From: Macrostomum lignano | Taxonomy: Eukaryota | Direction: 5' to 3' | NCBI GenBank assembly: GCA_002269645.1 | Contig: NIVC01004130.1 | Span: 1-58,675 of the forward strand | DNA length: 58,675 bases | Shown here: positions 37,337-52,863 of the stretch, one piece after another | Layout of the letters: each line of letters begins with the position of its first letter | Numbering within the stretch: position 1 is the stretch's first letter | Position numbers and translations under genes: made by a program | Notes under the pieces: generated by a model | What the model was told of the DNA's origin: nothing | Seen by the model: only the letters and a program-made list of their open reading frames with translations | Database searches by the model: none

Positions 37337-40300
37337 ATGTTTTGTTGCGAGCGAAGTTAAACAAAATATAAACCCAAGCAACTCACTTTTTATAATCATG
37401 ATTGACGAGATAATTTTTCATAATTCGTCCCTCAATATTAATTAACATCGTCTTTGTTTTTTTCATGCGCTATATTTTTGTTTGTTACACTGTTGTGATT
37501 CATTTTCAATCTAATAGATGGTAAGACAATAGATAGTTCACAGACCACGGAAGTTCAGTAAAATATTCAATATTAGTCTACTTATAAAGTACTATATTAA
37601 AAGATTGACAAGCTTTCTACAGTCTTCAAATGTTTACATATATTTTAATTGTTGTATTAATATAAAATTCTAAAGTTTTTAATATAAACGGCGAATATCT
37701 TTATGTTGTGCTTGCGTTGCTAAATTTGGCTTTAATTCCGCAAATTTTCCAATAGTTTAATTTTGTCGTTTTTGCTGCGAGTTACGCGCTAAGCTTAATG
37801 AAAAAATGCTTTTTTTATTTTGTTACAATTTTCCTAAAGACTTGCAAAGCAACACGGGTTTTTTGCGTGCATAAAATTATCGAAATATTTCTGATGACTG
37901 ATTTATTTAAAAGTTGGTCAGAACGAAAGAAAACAACCGACGTTGCTATGCAAATAGATTTTCTTATGTCTCGAATAATAACTTTTATTTTCTGCAACAT
38001 TGCGCCAGACTGTTATCCTCCACGCAATTCACTATCGTGATAAACTAATCTGTAATATTTTATTTACAATAAGTGTATACGTAGTGTGAATTATAAAATA
38101 AACTAATCCATATTATTAATCGCCCAGCCAACTTATTGGAATGAAAAATATTAATAATTTTAGTCCATCCGCTATACGGGTGCAATTGCTATATTTAAAT
38201 AACTTTTGGCCCGAGAAGCGGAGTAAGTGGCGTTAATTCAAAAATTCTTAGGATATGACTTGGTTTATTAATTTTCCAAACCACTGCCGTGTTTGTTTAC
38301 AGTTTAGATACAAATGTGGTACATGTCCAGTGTAAACGTGCAGGCACCTGTATTTTTATCTTTGATATTTAAATTACGAATTTTCTATTAATGATCGGTA
38401 AACAATTTGCTGTAGCCTGCAGCTGCGAATGCGATTGATTTCGAATTGGAAGCTTTGGATAGTATCTAGGATTAAGGAATAAAAGTAAAACAGGCGCAAT
38501 AATATAGTAATAGTATTATAATATATTATTTTACTTTAATGCTACGCTGAGTACAATATACGGATGCACCTGCTTTCTATATTCTGAATGATTAACTTAG
38601 TTTCGTATTTTTGTGCATATTTGGCCTAAAGCTCGCTGTTTATTCAAATATATTAATATATATTATTCACATGCATTGGAAATTCCAGCAATTATGCAAG
38701 ACGTTGAGTTATTATACTAATAAAATCTTCGTTCAAACTAGTACCACATGACTTTGGTGGAGAGTAGTAAGGGAGCGGAGATGGTGAGGTAGGGCCTTTT
38801 CATATTGCTTGTTATGGTTCCAGAACCAGAACAAATTTGTGAAGCATAACTTTTTGTCTCCATAACTAGAGGGAGATACGTGCTATAAAGTTTTTATTAT
38901 TGAATGACAATCGCCTAGAAGAAAGTGAAAAATTGTGCTAAGTGAGGTTGTTAAGGCAGTCAAAAATTCAACAGAATTAAATATTTGCTGTTTTTCTTGG
39001 AAGATCCGAACCGATTCTGATTCTGGAATTGGTAATATGAAAAGCCTCGTAGTTGGTGGAGAGTGTGGGAGCGGATAGCGGAGGTGGTGAAAATGAAGAC
39101 GGCTGAAAGTTATAACAAACTAATATGTAAACCCGTTTGCTTACGTTTAAATGCTAAACCTTATTTAAGAAAGCACATAGGAAAGTTTTTAGAAAAACCA
39201 CCTTAATTGTTTACAAAAGCATTTTTATAAATATTCGTACTGCTATTTTGTTAGAAAACAGACCTGTGTGTAGTAAGGTTAGTGCATCGGCACTAGTGTG
39301 GTCTCTTGTAGCCTTACTTGCTAAATGAATGGAGATAGTGTGCATAAACGTACAGCTAAACCTATATTTTAAAACAACAATCGGTTTATAAGCCGTTTTT
39401 TTACAGCATACTGATTCAGTCATTTAGGACTGACTTAGGTAGGAACTAGAACTAGGTCTAGCGTCTAGGCCTAGCCTAACCATTGACGACTGACGTTGTT
39501 GTTCAATTTTGAAAATACAAATGCCTGATTTTTCGTGTAGGCCCCCCGATTCCACAGCACAATGCACAGTTTTTTAATAAGTCTTTTTACCAAGGAGATT
39601 TTATAGACCTAAGCTTAGTTTTCATTATCTCAAAAGAAATCCAAATATAATAGCCATACTGCCATAGGCCTATTGTTAAAAAGTTTTTTGTGAAAAAGGT
39701 ATTCTTTATCTTTAATTTATATTGCTTTTTGTTTTATAAGCCTAAAAGGGCCTAACTGTTGACATTGTACATAATAATTTTATAGAAATAGAACACAGGT
39801 TTATTAACACTAGCAATAGCATTTTTATCAAGAAAAACTTGATTTTTTAAAATGTTAGACTAGGCCTAAAACTAAATTTGTTGCAAAACTTTGAAATTTT
39901 GATTTAATAATCTAGGCCTAACATTTGCATGCCATTTGCATGCATATTCTATTGGCAGACTGCTAGCAGAGGAAACAACTTTTCAAAAAGAAAAAGTTAA
40001 ATGAAGCTACGAAACTTATTTAGGTCTACCTTATTTTTTATAATGAGATTCTGCAAGTCAACTAAGATTTAGGCTTATTATAAGATTCTTTTTGTATTTG
40101 TAACTTTTTTATTGCAATTTTTAAAAGTTATATAATATTAAATTAAAAAATCTGTTAAAAAGAATTGGGACATGTTGTTAGTGAATCAAAGGCAGAGTTC
40201 ACAATTAGGGCCTAGGCCTAGCTCAACTAAGTGTTGCACTCATATCATATGTTTTTTGATATAGGAAATATGTTTTATATATCTATTTTTTCTATCTAAA

Positions 40301-40989
40301 AGCTGTCAAATCTATTAAGTACCTGTAACTATAGACAATAATAACAAAGCCCTAATAATAACTAAATAAAAACTAAAAATCCCAAACCTTGACAATTGTG
40401 ATATTTAAATTAATTTAAAAAAAAATATTTTTTTGTTTGCAACAAATCTAAATCTATGGTAGAATTCTAATGTAATATTTACACTAATATTTGTATTACA
40501 ATACATTTGTATTACATTACAATTATATTTATAATGTAACCTCCAGGTCTAGCTAAGGTGGGTAGTATGCACCACGCTATCTTTTTGCACTTCCCTAGGC
40601 CCCTCAATCTTGTGCTGTTTGTAAATATAAATATATGTGCCAAGCAGTGCAAAATATTTGTTGCCATTCTATCTATTAAACTAAAAAGGCTTTCTGCCTC
40701 AATATTATATATCAAAGAGCCCTTGAATATTAAGCTATAATTGATATATATAATTTCCATTTTTACACAATCTTACACAATGATATAAGAATGTTGCACT
40801 AACCATACATGTGCAAAACCTGGCTGACCCAGCCAATTTGGCCAGGTGACAGGGTGACCAAGGCAGATTTGTTTCAAAACTAGTCTTAAAAGCAAATCTA
40901 TTTATCAATTGGACATTTTGTTATGTAGTCATTAAGCTAAGTATGATAAAATAGATTCATAAAACTAATAAGTCAAGCTGTGTCATTTT

Positions 40990-41215
40990 AAAGACTTGGA
41001 CACAGGAATATAAAATAAAGATAAAATCCTAATTTTCTAAATGAAGCTTTCTGAATATCAATAGAGCTATAAAAAGGTTAAGCACATCAAAAGATAAATA
41101 TTGGGTCTGTCTCCTATCAAAAGCAAAAACAATTTTTGTGTGTAATCTCTGTAAGCATTTTTTGCAAAACTTGCTTTCTTAAATTTTCCAAGAATCATAA
41201 GTTTCCTGTCCTTTA
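40990..41215 (+). mobile_element. Decayed fragment related to the 26501-27078 TTAA element
   Basis: Aligns by eye to 26860-27078 (gaagcttt.tgaatatc.atag; tctgtctcctat; aattttccaagaa). Confidence 0.75.
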
Positions 41216-41401
41216 GCAAAGCTATGCTTTCTAAATATGACTATTATTTTAAAATATAATGCCTGTTTGTATTTTATTAATAACTCAATCAATCCACTTC
41301 AGTGTCTTTGCCCTGCTGAAGTTGAATCTCAAATTCAGTCTGCTAGATTTGACCAGCAGAACAGGGGCTGCGAAACAAATCTTTTTATTTTTAAGACACT
41401 C

Positions 41402-44400
41402 ATGTCTGCTCAAAGTACTCAGCAGCATCAGCATCAGCTAGAGAGGCAGGACTCCAATCCGGTGTGGGCCGAGTACCTCGATCCTCCGCTGCAGTACACC
41501 GCCATTGCCTCCTATACTGGCGCCGATGATGACGAACTCAGCTTCACGGCTGGCGCTAGGATTCTTGTTGTATCTCGCGATCCTCGAGACAGTCGGGACG
41601 AGGGCTGGTTTGTAGCCATTGCGCCGGCTTCTCCTAGCCAGGGAGGTGCAAGCGCTGGAGAATATTCCAGGCCAGAATCTCAGCGTACCGTGCTCAAATT
41701 GTTGCCAGGAAATTTTGTTCGACCGTCTGCTGAGATTGCCAGCGCCTGTCAGCAGGAGGTGCAGGCAGTTGGAAGGTGAATATTGCTTCTGGGTTATTCT
41801 GTATCCAGCATTGATGATATATTGAGATTGTGTTTGATCTGTGCCGTTCTATGATAAATCTATTTGATGTGTGCCGCTGTGTAATATAATCTGTTTGATC
41901 TGTGCCGCTGTGTAATATAATCTGTTTGATCTGTGCCGCTGTGTAATTAAATCTGTTTGATCTGTGCCGCTGTGTAATATAATCTGTTTGATCTGTTCCG
42001 CTGTGTAATTAAATCTGTTTGATCTGCGCCGCTGTGTAATATAATCTGTTTGATCTGTGCCGCTGTGTAATAAAATCTGTTTGATCTGTGCCGCTGTGTA
42101 ATTAAATCTGTTTGATCTGCGCCGCTGTGTAATATAATCTGTTTGATCTGTGCCGCTGTGTAATATAATCTGTTTGAACTGTGCCGCTGTGTAATATAAT
42201 CTGTTTGATCTGCGCCGCTGTGTAATTAAATCTGTTTGATCTGTGCCGCTGTGTAGTTAAATCTGTTTGATCTGTGCTGCTGTGTAATTAAATCTGTTTG
42301 ATCTGTGCCGCTGTGTAATATAATCTGTTTGATCTGTGCCGCTGTGTAATATAATCTGTTTGATCTGTGCCGCTGTGTAATATAATCTGTTTGAACTGTG
42401 CCGCTGTGTAATATAATCTGTTTGATCTGCGCCGCTGTGTAATATAATCTGTTTGATGTGCCGCTGTGTAATATAATCTGTTTGATCTGTGCCGCTGTGT
42501 AATATAATCTGTTTGATCTGTGCCGCTGTGTAATATACTCTGTTTGATCTGTGCCACTGTAATATAATCTGTTTGATCTGTGCCGCTGTGTAAAATAATC
42601 TGTTTGATCTGATTTTCCCAGTTTAAAAAAAAAACAAAGCACTTCAATAGACACCTGCATCTTTCATCCACCCCACAGCGTTCCCCAGCATCAGCAAGAT
42701 CCTCATGGGCATCATCAGCATGAGCATGAGCAGCAGCAGTCGCCACCCACGGTCTCATCCGATGAGATCGCATACGACTGTCTCCTCGGATCTGGTGGCT
42801 TCGCCGAAGTCCACCGAGCCACCTGGCGCGGCCAGCCAGTCGCAGTGAAACTGTTCGGCAGCGGCTTCTGCCCCGACCAGGTGCGCCGGGAGGCCGAGCT
42901 TATCTGGCTGTGCCGCCACCCGAACATTGTCCGAGTTCTGGCCATTGTGGCCGAGCCGCCACCCGCTCTGCTGTTGCAATTTGCCGCTGGCGGAGCTCTT
43001 AATAATTTTTTACGCGGCCGGCGACTTCCACCGGACGTGATTGTGAACTGGGCCGGACAGGTGGCCGAGGCCATGCGATTCCTGCACGAGGGCGCACCTG
43101 TGACCGTCTTCCACCGGGACCTGAAGTCTAGCAACAGTGAGTGGCTCTGCGTACCTGGGTAGGAGATTGGGCTTGGATACGTAAATTGGTAGACATTACA
43201 GGTAGATAGGTAGACACTACAGGTAGATAGACACTACAGGTAGATAGACACTACAGGTAGATAGACACTACAGGTAGATAGGTAGACACTACAGGTAGAT
43301 AGGTAGACACTGCAGGTAGATAGGTAGACACTACAGGTAGATAGACACTACAGGTAGATAGGTAGACACTACAGGTAGATAGGTAGACACTACAGGTAGA
43401 TAGGTAGACACTACAGGTAGATGGACACTACAGGTAGATAGGTAGACACTGCAGGTCGATAGGTAGACACTATAGTTGGATGGGTAGACACTACAGGTAG
43501 ATAGACACTACAGGTAGGTAGGTAGACACTGCGGGTAGAAAGGTAGACACTATAGTTAGATAGGTAGACACTATAGTAGATAGGTAGAAGACACTATCTG
43601 CAGATAGGTAGACACTATAGTTAGATAGGTAGACACTATAGTTAGATAGGTAGACACTATGCAGATAGGTAGACACTATAGTTAGATAGGTAGACACTAT
43701 AGTTAGATAGGTAGACACTATAGTTAGATAGGTAGACACTAAAGTTAGATAGGTAGACACTATGCAGATAGGTAGACACTATAGTTAGATAGGTAGACAC
43801 TATAGTTAGATAGGTAGACACTATAGTTAGATAGGTAGACACTATAGTTAGATAGGTAGACACTATAGTTAGATAGGTAGACACTATAGTTAGATAGGTA
43901 GACACTAAAGTTAGATAGGTAGACACTATAGTTAGATAGGTAGACACTAAAGTTAGATAGGTAGACACTATGCAGATAGGTAGACACTATAGTTAGATAG
44001 GTAGACACTATAGTTAGATAGGTAGACACTATAGTTAGATAGGTAGACACTATAGTTAGATAGGTAGACACTATAGTTAGATAGGTAGACACTATAGTTA
44101 GATAGGTAGACACTATAGTTAGATAGGTAGACACTATAGTTAGATAGGTAGACACTATAGTTAGATAGGTAGACACTATAGTTAGATAGTTAGACACTAT
44201 AGTTGGATGGGTAGACACTATGCAGATAGGTAGACACTATGCAGATAGGTAGACACTAAAGTTAGATAGGTAGACACTATGCAGATAGGTAGACACTATG
44301 CAGATAGGTAGACACTATAGTTAGATAGGTAGACACTATGCAGATAGGTAGACACTATAGTTAGATAGGTAGACACTATAGTTAGATAGGTAGACACTAT

Positions 44401-47400
44401 AGTTAGATAGGTAGACACTATAGTTAGATAGGTAGACACTATAGTTAGATAGGTAGACACTAAAGTTAGATAGGTAGACACTAAAGTTAGATAGGTAGAC
44501 ACTAAAGTTAGATAGGTAGACACTATGCAGATAGGTAGACACTATAGTTAGATAGGTAGACACTATAGTTAGATAGGTAGACACTATAGTTAGATAGGTA
44601 GACACTATAGTTAGATAGGTAGACACTATAGTTAGATAGGTAGACACTATAGTTAGATAGGTAGACACTATAGTTAGATAGGTAGACACTATAGTTAGAT
44701 AGGTAGACACTATAGTTAGATAGGTAGACACTAAAGTTAGATAGGTAGACACTATAGTTAGATAGGTAGACACTAAAGTTAGATAGGTAGACACTATGCA
44801 GATAGGTAGACACTATAGTTAGATAGGTAGACACTATGCAGATAGGTAGACACTATAGTTAGATAGGTAGACACTATGCAGATAGGTAGACACTATAGTT
44901 AGATAGGTAGACACTATAGTTAGATAGGTAGACACTAAAGTTAGATAGGTAGACACTATGCAGATAGGTAGACACTATAGTTTGATAGGTAGACACTATA
45001 GTTAGATAGGTAGACACTATAGTTAGATAGGTAGACACTATAGTTAGATAGGTAGACACTATAGTTAGATAGGTAGACACTATGGTTAGATAGGTAGACA
45101 CTAAAGTTAGATAGGTAGACACTATAGTTAGATAGGTAGACACTAAAGTTAGATAGGTAGACACTATGCAGATAGGTAGACACTATAGTTAGATAGGTAG
45201 ACACTATAGTTAGATAGGTAGACACTATAGTTAGATAGGTAGACACTATAGTTAGATAGGTAGACACTATAGTTAGATAGGTAGACACTATAGTTAGATA
45301 GTTAGACACTATAGTTGGATGGGTAGACACTATGCAGATAGGTAGACACTATGCAGATAGGTAGACACTATGCAGATAGGTAGACACTATAGTTAGATAG
45401 GTAGACACTATAGTTGGATGGGTAGACACTATGCAGATAGGTAGACACTATGCAGATAGGTAGACACTAAAGTTAGATAGGTAGACACTATGCAGATAGG
45501 TAGACACTATGCAGATAGGTAGACACTATAGTTAGATAGGTAGACACTATGCAGATAGGTAGACACTATAGTTAGATAGGTAGACACTATGCAGATAGGT
45601 AGACACTATAGTTAGATAGGTAGACACTATAGTTAGATAGGTAGACACTATAGTTGGATAGGTAGACACTATAGTTAGATAGGTAGACACTATAGTTAGA
45701 TAGGTAGACACTATAGTTAGATAGGTAGACACTATGCAGATAGGTAGACACTATAGTTAGATAGGTAGACACTAAAGTTAGATAGGTAGACACTATGCAG
45801 ATAGGTAGACACTATGCAGATAGGTAGACACTATAGTTAGATAGGTAGACACTATGCAGATAGGTAGACACTATAGTTAGATAGGTAGACACTATGCAGA
45901 TAGGTAGACACTATAGTTAGATAGGTAGACACTATAGTTAGATAGGTAGACACTATAGTTAGATAGGTAGACACTATAGTTAGATAGGTAGACACTATAG
46001 TTAGATAGGTAGACACTATGCAGATAGGTAGACACTATAGTTAGATAGGTAGACACTAAAGTTAGATAGGTAGACACTAAAGTTAGATAGGTAGACACTA
46101 TGCAGATAGGTAGACACTATAGTTAGATAGGTAGACACTATAGTTAGATAGGTAGACACTATAGTTAGATAGGTAGACACTATAGTTGGATGGGTAGACA
46201 CTATGCAGATAGGTAGACACTATGCAGATAGGTAGACACTATAGTTAGATAGGTAGACACTATAGTTAGATAGGTAGACACTATAGTTAGATAGTTAGAC
46301 ACTATAGTTGGATGGGTAGACACTATGCAGATAGGTAGACACTATGCAGATAGGTAGACACTATGCAGATGGGTAGACACTATAGTTAGATAGGTAGACA
46401 CTATAGTTGGATGGGTAGACACTATGCAGATAGGTAGACACTATGCAGATAGGTAGACACTAAAGTTAGATAGGTAGACACTATGCAGATAGGTAGACAC
46501 TATGCAGATAGGTAGACACTATAGTTAGATAGGTAGACACTATGCAGATAGGTAGACACTATAGTTAGATAGGTAGACACTATGCAGATAGGTAGACACT
46601 ATAGTTAGATAGGTAGACACTATGCAGATAGGTAGACACTATAGTTAGATAGGTAGACACTATAGTTAGATAGGTAGACACTATAGTTTGATAGGTAGAC
46701 ACTATAGTTAGATAGGTAGACACTATAGTTAGATAGGTAGACACTATGCAGATAGGTAGACACTATAGTTAGATAGGTAGACACTATAGTTAGATAGGTA
46801 GACACTATAGTTAGATAGGTAGACACTATAGTTAGATAGGTAGACACTATAGTTAGATAGGTAGACACTATAGTTAGATAGGTAGACACTATGCAGATAG
46901 GTAGACACTATAGTTAGATAGGTAGACACTAAAGTTAGATAGGTAGACACTATAGTTAGATAGGTAGACACTATGCAGATAGGTAGACACTATAGTTAGA
47001 TAGGTAGACACTATAGTTAGATAGGTAGACACTATAGTTAGATAGGTAGACACTATGCAGATAGGTAGACACTATAGTTAGATAGGTAGACACTATAGTT
47101 AGATAGGTAGACACTATAGTTAGATAGGTAGACACTATAGTTAGATAGGTAGACACTATAGTTAGATAGGTAGACACTATAGTTAGATAGGTAGACACTA
47201 TAGTTAGATAGGTAGACACTATAGTTAGATAGGTAGACACTATAGTTAGATAGGTAGACACTATGCAGATAGGTAGACACTATAGTTAGATAGGTAGACA
47301 CTAAAGTTAGATAGGTAGACACTATAGTTAGATAGGTAGACACTATGCAGATAGGTAGACACTATAGTTAGATAGGTAGACCCTATAGTTAGATAGGTAG

Positions 47401-50400
47401 ACACTATAGTTAGATAGGTAGACACTATGCAGATAGGTAGACACTATAGTTAGATAGGTAGACACTATGCAGATAGGTAGACACTATAGTTAGATAGGTA
47501 GACACTATAGTTAGATAGGTAGACACTATAGTTAGATAGGTAGACACTATAGTTAGATAGGTAGACACTATAGTTAGATAGGTAGACACTATAGTTAGAT
47601 AGGTAGACACTAAAGTTAGATAGGTAGACACTATAGTTAGATAGGTAGACACTAAAGTTAGATAGGTAGACACTATGCAGATAGGTAGACACTATAGTTA
47701 GATAGGTAGACACTATAGTTAGATAGGTAGACACTATAGTTAGATAGGTAGACACTATAGTTAGATAGGTAGACACTATAGTTAGATAGGTAGACACTAT
47801 AGTTAGATAGGTAGACACTATAGTTAGATAGGTAGACACTATAGTTAGATAGGTAGACACTATAGTTAGATAGTTAGACACTATAGTTGGATGGGTAGAC
47901 ACTATGCAGATAGGTAGACACTATGCAGATAGGTAGACACTAAAGTTAGATAGGTAGACACTATGCAGATAGGTAGACACTATGCAGATAGGTAGACACT
48001 ATAGTTAGATAGGTAGACACTATGCAGATAGGTAGACACTATAGTTAGATAGGTAGACACTATAGTTAGATAGGTAGACACTATAGTTAGATAGGTAGAC
48101 ACTATAGTTAGATAGGTAGACACTATAGTTAGATAGGTAGACACTATAGTTAGATAGGTAGACACTATGCAGATAGGTAGACACTATAGTTAGATAGGTA
48201 GACACTAAAGTTAGATAGGTAGACACTAAAGTTAGATAGGTAGACACTAAAGTTAGATAGGTAGACACTATGCAGATAGGTAGACACTATAGTTAGATAG
48301 GTAGACACTATAGTTAGATAGGTAGACACTATAGTTAGATAGGTAGACACTATAGTTAGATAGGTAGACACTATAGTTAGATAGGTAGACACTATAGTTA
48401 GATAGGTAGACACTATAGTTAGATAGGTAGACACTATAGTTAGATAGGTAGACACTATAGTTAGATAGGTAGACACTAAAGTTAGATAGGTAGACACTAT
48501 AGTTAGATAGGTAGACACTAAAGTTAGATAGGTAGACACTATGCAGATAGGTAGACACTATAGTTAGATAGGTAGACACTATGCAGATAGGTAGACACTA
48601 TAGTTAGATAGGTAGACACTATGCAGATAGGTAGACACGATAGTTAGATAGGTAGACACTATAGTTAGATAGGTAGACACTATAGTTAGATAGGTAGACA
48701 CTAAAGTTAGATAGGTAGACACTATGCAGATAGGTAGACACTATAGTTAGATAGGTAGACACTATAGTTAGATAGGTAGACACTATAGTTAGATAGGTAG
48801 ACACTATAGTTAGATAGGTAGACACTATAGTTAGATAGGTAGACACTATAGTTAGATAGGTAGACACTAAAGTTAGATAGGTAGACACTATAGTTAGATA
48901 GGTAGACACTAAAGTTAGATAGGTAGACACTATGCAGATAGGTAGACACTATAGTTAGATAGGTAGACACTATAGTTAGATAGGTAGACACTATAGTTAG
49001 ATAGGTAGACACTATAGTTAGATAGGTAGACACTATAGTTAGATAGGTAGACACTATAGTTAGATAGGTAGACACTATAGTTAGATAGGTAGACACTATA
49101 GTTAGATAGGTAGACACTATAGTTGGATGGGTAGACACTATGCAGATAGGTAGACACTATGCAGATAGGTAGACACTATAGTTAGATAGGTAGACACTAT
49201 AGTTAGATAGGTAGACACTATAGTTAGATAGTTAGACACTATAGTTGGATGGGTAGACACTATGCAGATAGGTAGACACTATGCAGATAGGTAGACACTA
49301 TGCAGATAGGTAGACACTATAGTTAGATAGGTAGACACTATAGTTGGATGGGTAGACACTATGCAGATAGGTAGACACTATGCAGATAGGTAGACACTAA
49401 AGTTAGATAGGTAGACACTATGCAGATAGGTAGACACTATGCAGATAGGTAGACACTATAGTTAGATAGGTAGACACTATGCAGATAGGTAGACACTATA
49501 GTTAGATAGGTAGACACTATGCAGATAGGTAGACACTATAGTTAGATAGGTAGACACTATAGTTAGATAGGTAGACACTATAGTTGGATAGGTAGACACT
49601 ATAGTTAGATAGGTAGACACTATAGTTAGATAGGTAGACACTATAGTTAGATAGGTAGACACTATGCAGATAGGTAGACACTATAGTTAGATAGGTAGAC
49701 ACTAAAGTTAGATAGGTAGACACTATGCAGATAGGTAGACACTATGCAGATAGGTAGACACTATAGTTAGATAGGTAGACACTATGCAGATAGGTAGACA
49801 CTATAGTTAGATAGGTAGACACTATGCAGATAGGTAGACACTATAGTTAGATAGGTAGACACTATAGTTAGATAGGTAGACACTATAGTTAGATAGGTAG
49901 ACACTATAGTTAGATAGGTAGACACTATGCAGATAGGTAGACACTATAGTTAGATAGGTAGACACTAAAGTTAGATAGGTAGACACTAAAGTTAGATAGG
50001 TAGACACTATGCAGATAGGTAGACACTATAGTTAGATAGGTAGACACTATAGTTAGATAGGTAGACACTATAGTTAGATAGGTAGACACTATAGTTAGAT
50101 AGGTAGACACTATAGTTAGATAGGTAGACACTATAGTTAGATAGGTAGACACTATAGTTAGATAGGTAGACACTATAGTTAGATAGGTAGACACTAAAGT
50201 TAGATAGGTAGACACTATAGTTAGATAGGTAGACACTAAAGTTAGATAGGTAGACACTATGCAGATAGGTAGACACTATAGTTAGATAGGTAGACACTAT
50301 GCAGATAGGTAGACACTATAGTTAGATAGGTAGACACTATGCAGATAGGTAGACACTATAGTTAGATAGGTAGACACTATAGTTAGATAGGTAGACACTA

Positions 50401-52785
50401 TAGTTAGATAGGTAGACACTATAGTTAGATAGGTAGACACTATAATTAGATAGGTAGACACTATAGTTAGATAGGTAGACACTAAAGTTAGATAGGTAGA
50501 CACTATAGTTAGATAGGTAGACACTAAAGTTAGATAGGTAGACACTATGCAGATAGGTAGACACTATAGTTAGATAGGTAGACACTATAGTTAGATAGGT
50601 AGACACTATAGTTAGATAGGTAGACACTATGCAGATAGGTAGACACTATAGTTAGATAGGTAGACACTATAGTTAGATAGGTAGACACTATAGTTAGATA
50701 GGTAGACACTATAGTTAGATAGGTAGACACTATAGTTGGATGGGTAGACACTATGCAGATAGGTAGACACTATGCAGATAGGTAGACACTATAGTTAGAT
50801 AGGTAGACACTATAGTTAGATAGGTAGACACTATAGTTAGATAGTTAGACACTATAGTTGGATGGGTAGACACTATGCAGATAGGTAGACACTATGCAGA
50901 TAGGTAGACACTATGCAGATGGGTAGACACTATAGTTAGATAGGTAGACACTATAGTTGGATGGGTAGACACTATGCAGATAGGTAGACACTATGCAGAT
51001 AGGTAGACACTAAAGTTAGATAGGTAGACACTATGCAGATAGGTAGACACTATGCAGATAGGTAGACACTATAGTTAGATAGGTAGACACTATGCAGATA
51101 GGTAGACACTATAGTTAGATAGGTAGACACTATGCAGATAGGTAGACACTATAGTTAGATAGGTAGACACTATGCAGATAGGTAGACACTATAGTTAGAT
51201 AGGTAGACACTATAGTTAGATAGGTAGACACTATAGTTAGATAGGTAGACACTATAGTTAGATAGGTAGACACTATGCAGATAGGTAGACACTATAGTTA
51301 GATAGGTAGACACTATAGTTAGATAGGTAGACACTATAGTTAGATAGGTAGACACTATAGTTAGATAGGTAGACACTATAGTTAGATAGGTAGACACTAT
51401 AGTTAGATAGGTAGACACTATGCAGATAGGTAGACACTATAGTTAGATAGGTAGACACTAAAGTTAGATAGGTAGACACTATAGTTAGATAGGTAGACAC
51501 TATGCAGATAGGTAGACACTATAGTTAGATAGGTAGACACTATAGTTAGATAGGTAGACACTATAGTTAGATAGGTAGACACTATGCAGATAGGTAGACA
51601 CTATAGTTAGATAGGTAGACACTATAGTTAGATAGGTAGACACTATAGTTAGATAGGTAGACACTATAGTTAGATAGGTAGACACTATAGTTAGATAGGT
51701 AGACACTATAGTTAGATAGGTAGACACTATAGTTAGATAGGTAGACACTATGCAGATAGGTAGACACTATAGTTAGATAGGTAGACACTAAAGTTAGATA
51801 GGTAGACACTATAGTTAGATAGGTAGACACTATGCAGATAGGTAGACACTATAGTTAGATAGGTAGACACTATAGTTAGATAGGTAGACACTATAGTTAG
51901 ATAGGTAGACACTATGCAGATAGGTAGACACTATAGTTAGATAGGTAGACACTATGCAGATAGGTAGACACTATGCAGATAGGTAGACACTATAGTTAGA
52001 TAGGTAGACACTAAAGTTAGATAGGTAGACACTATAGTTAGATAGGTAGACACTATAGTTAGATAGGTAGACACTATAGTTAGATAGGTAGACACTATGC
52101 AGATAGGTAGACACTATAGTTAGATAGGTAGACACTATGCAGATAGGTAGACACTATGCAGATAGGTAGACACTATAGTTAGATAGGTAGACGCTAAAGT
52201 TAGATAGGTAGACACTATAGTTAGATAGGTAGACACTATAGTTAGATAGGTAGACACTATAGTTAGATAGGTAGACACTATGCAGATTGTCAGACACTAT
52301 GCAGATAGGTAGACACTATGCAGATAGGTAGACACTATGCAGATAGGTAGACACTATGCAGATAGGTAGACACTATAGTTAGATAGGTAGACACTATAGT
52401 TAGATAGGTAGACACTATAGTTAGATAGGTAGACACTATAGTTAGATAGGTAGACACTATAGTTAGATAGGTAGACACTATAGTTAGATAGGTAGACACT
52501 ATAGTTAGATAGGTAGACACTATGCATATGGGGCACACTGGTATGGGTCAGACTGGGGCAGTCAATTGAGCCATACTGTACATAGTGAACAGTAGATAGA
52601 AATGCTGACTGGCTGACAGGCTGTGGCACTGAAAGCCGTTCTGTTCCCGGCATATCCCGGTCGTTGCGGATGAATCGAAGAATGAACTGATGAATATTTT
52701 AATATCTGAATAAATGCAATTATTGTTATATGAATCGATTGGCTGCTATGAATAATTTAATTGAATAATAAATAATGCCGTTAAC

Positions 52786-52863
<78 letters not shown>

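Noticed and set aside
43491-52653. Dozens of STYLTIV/SVYLSNY ORFs
   Set aside because: Antisense translation of the 19/21-bp array.
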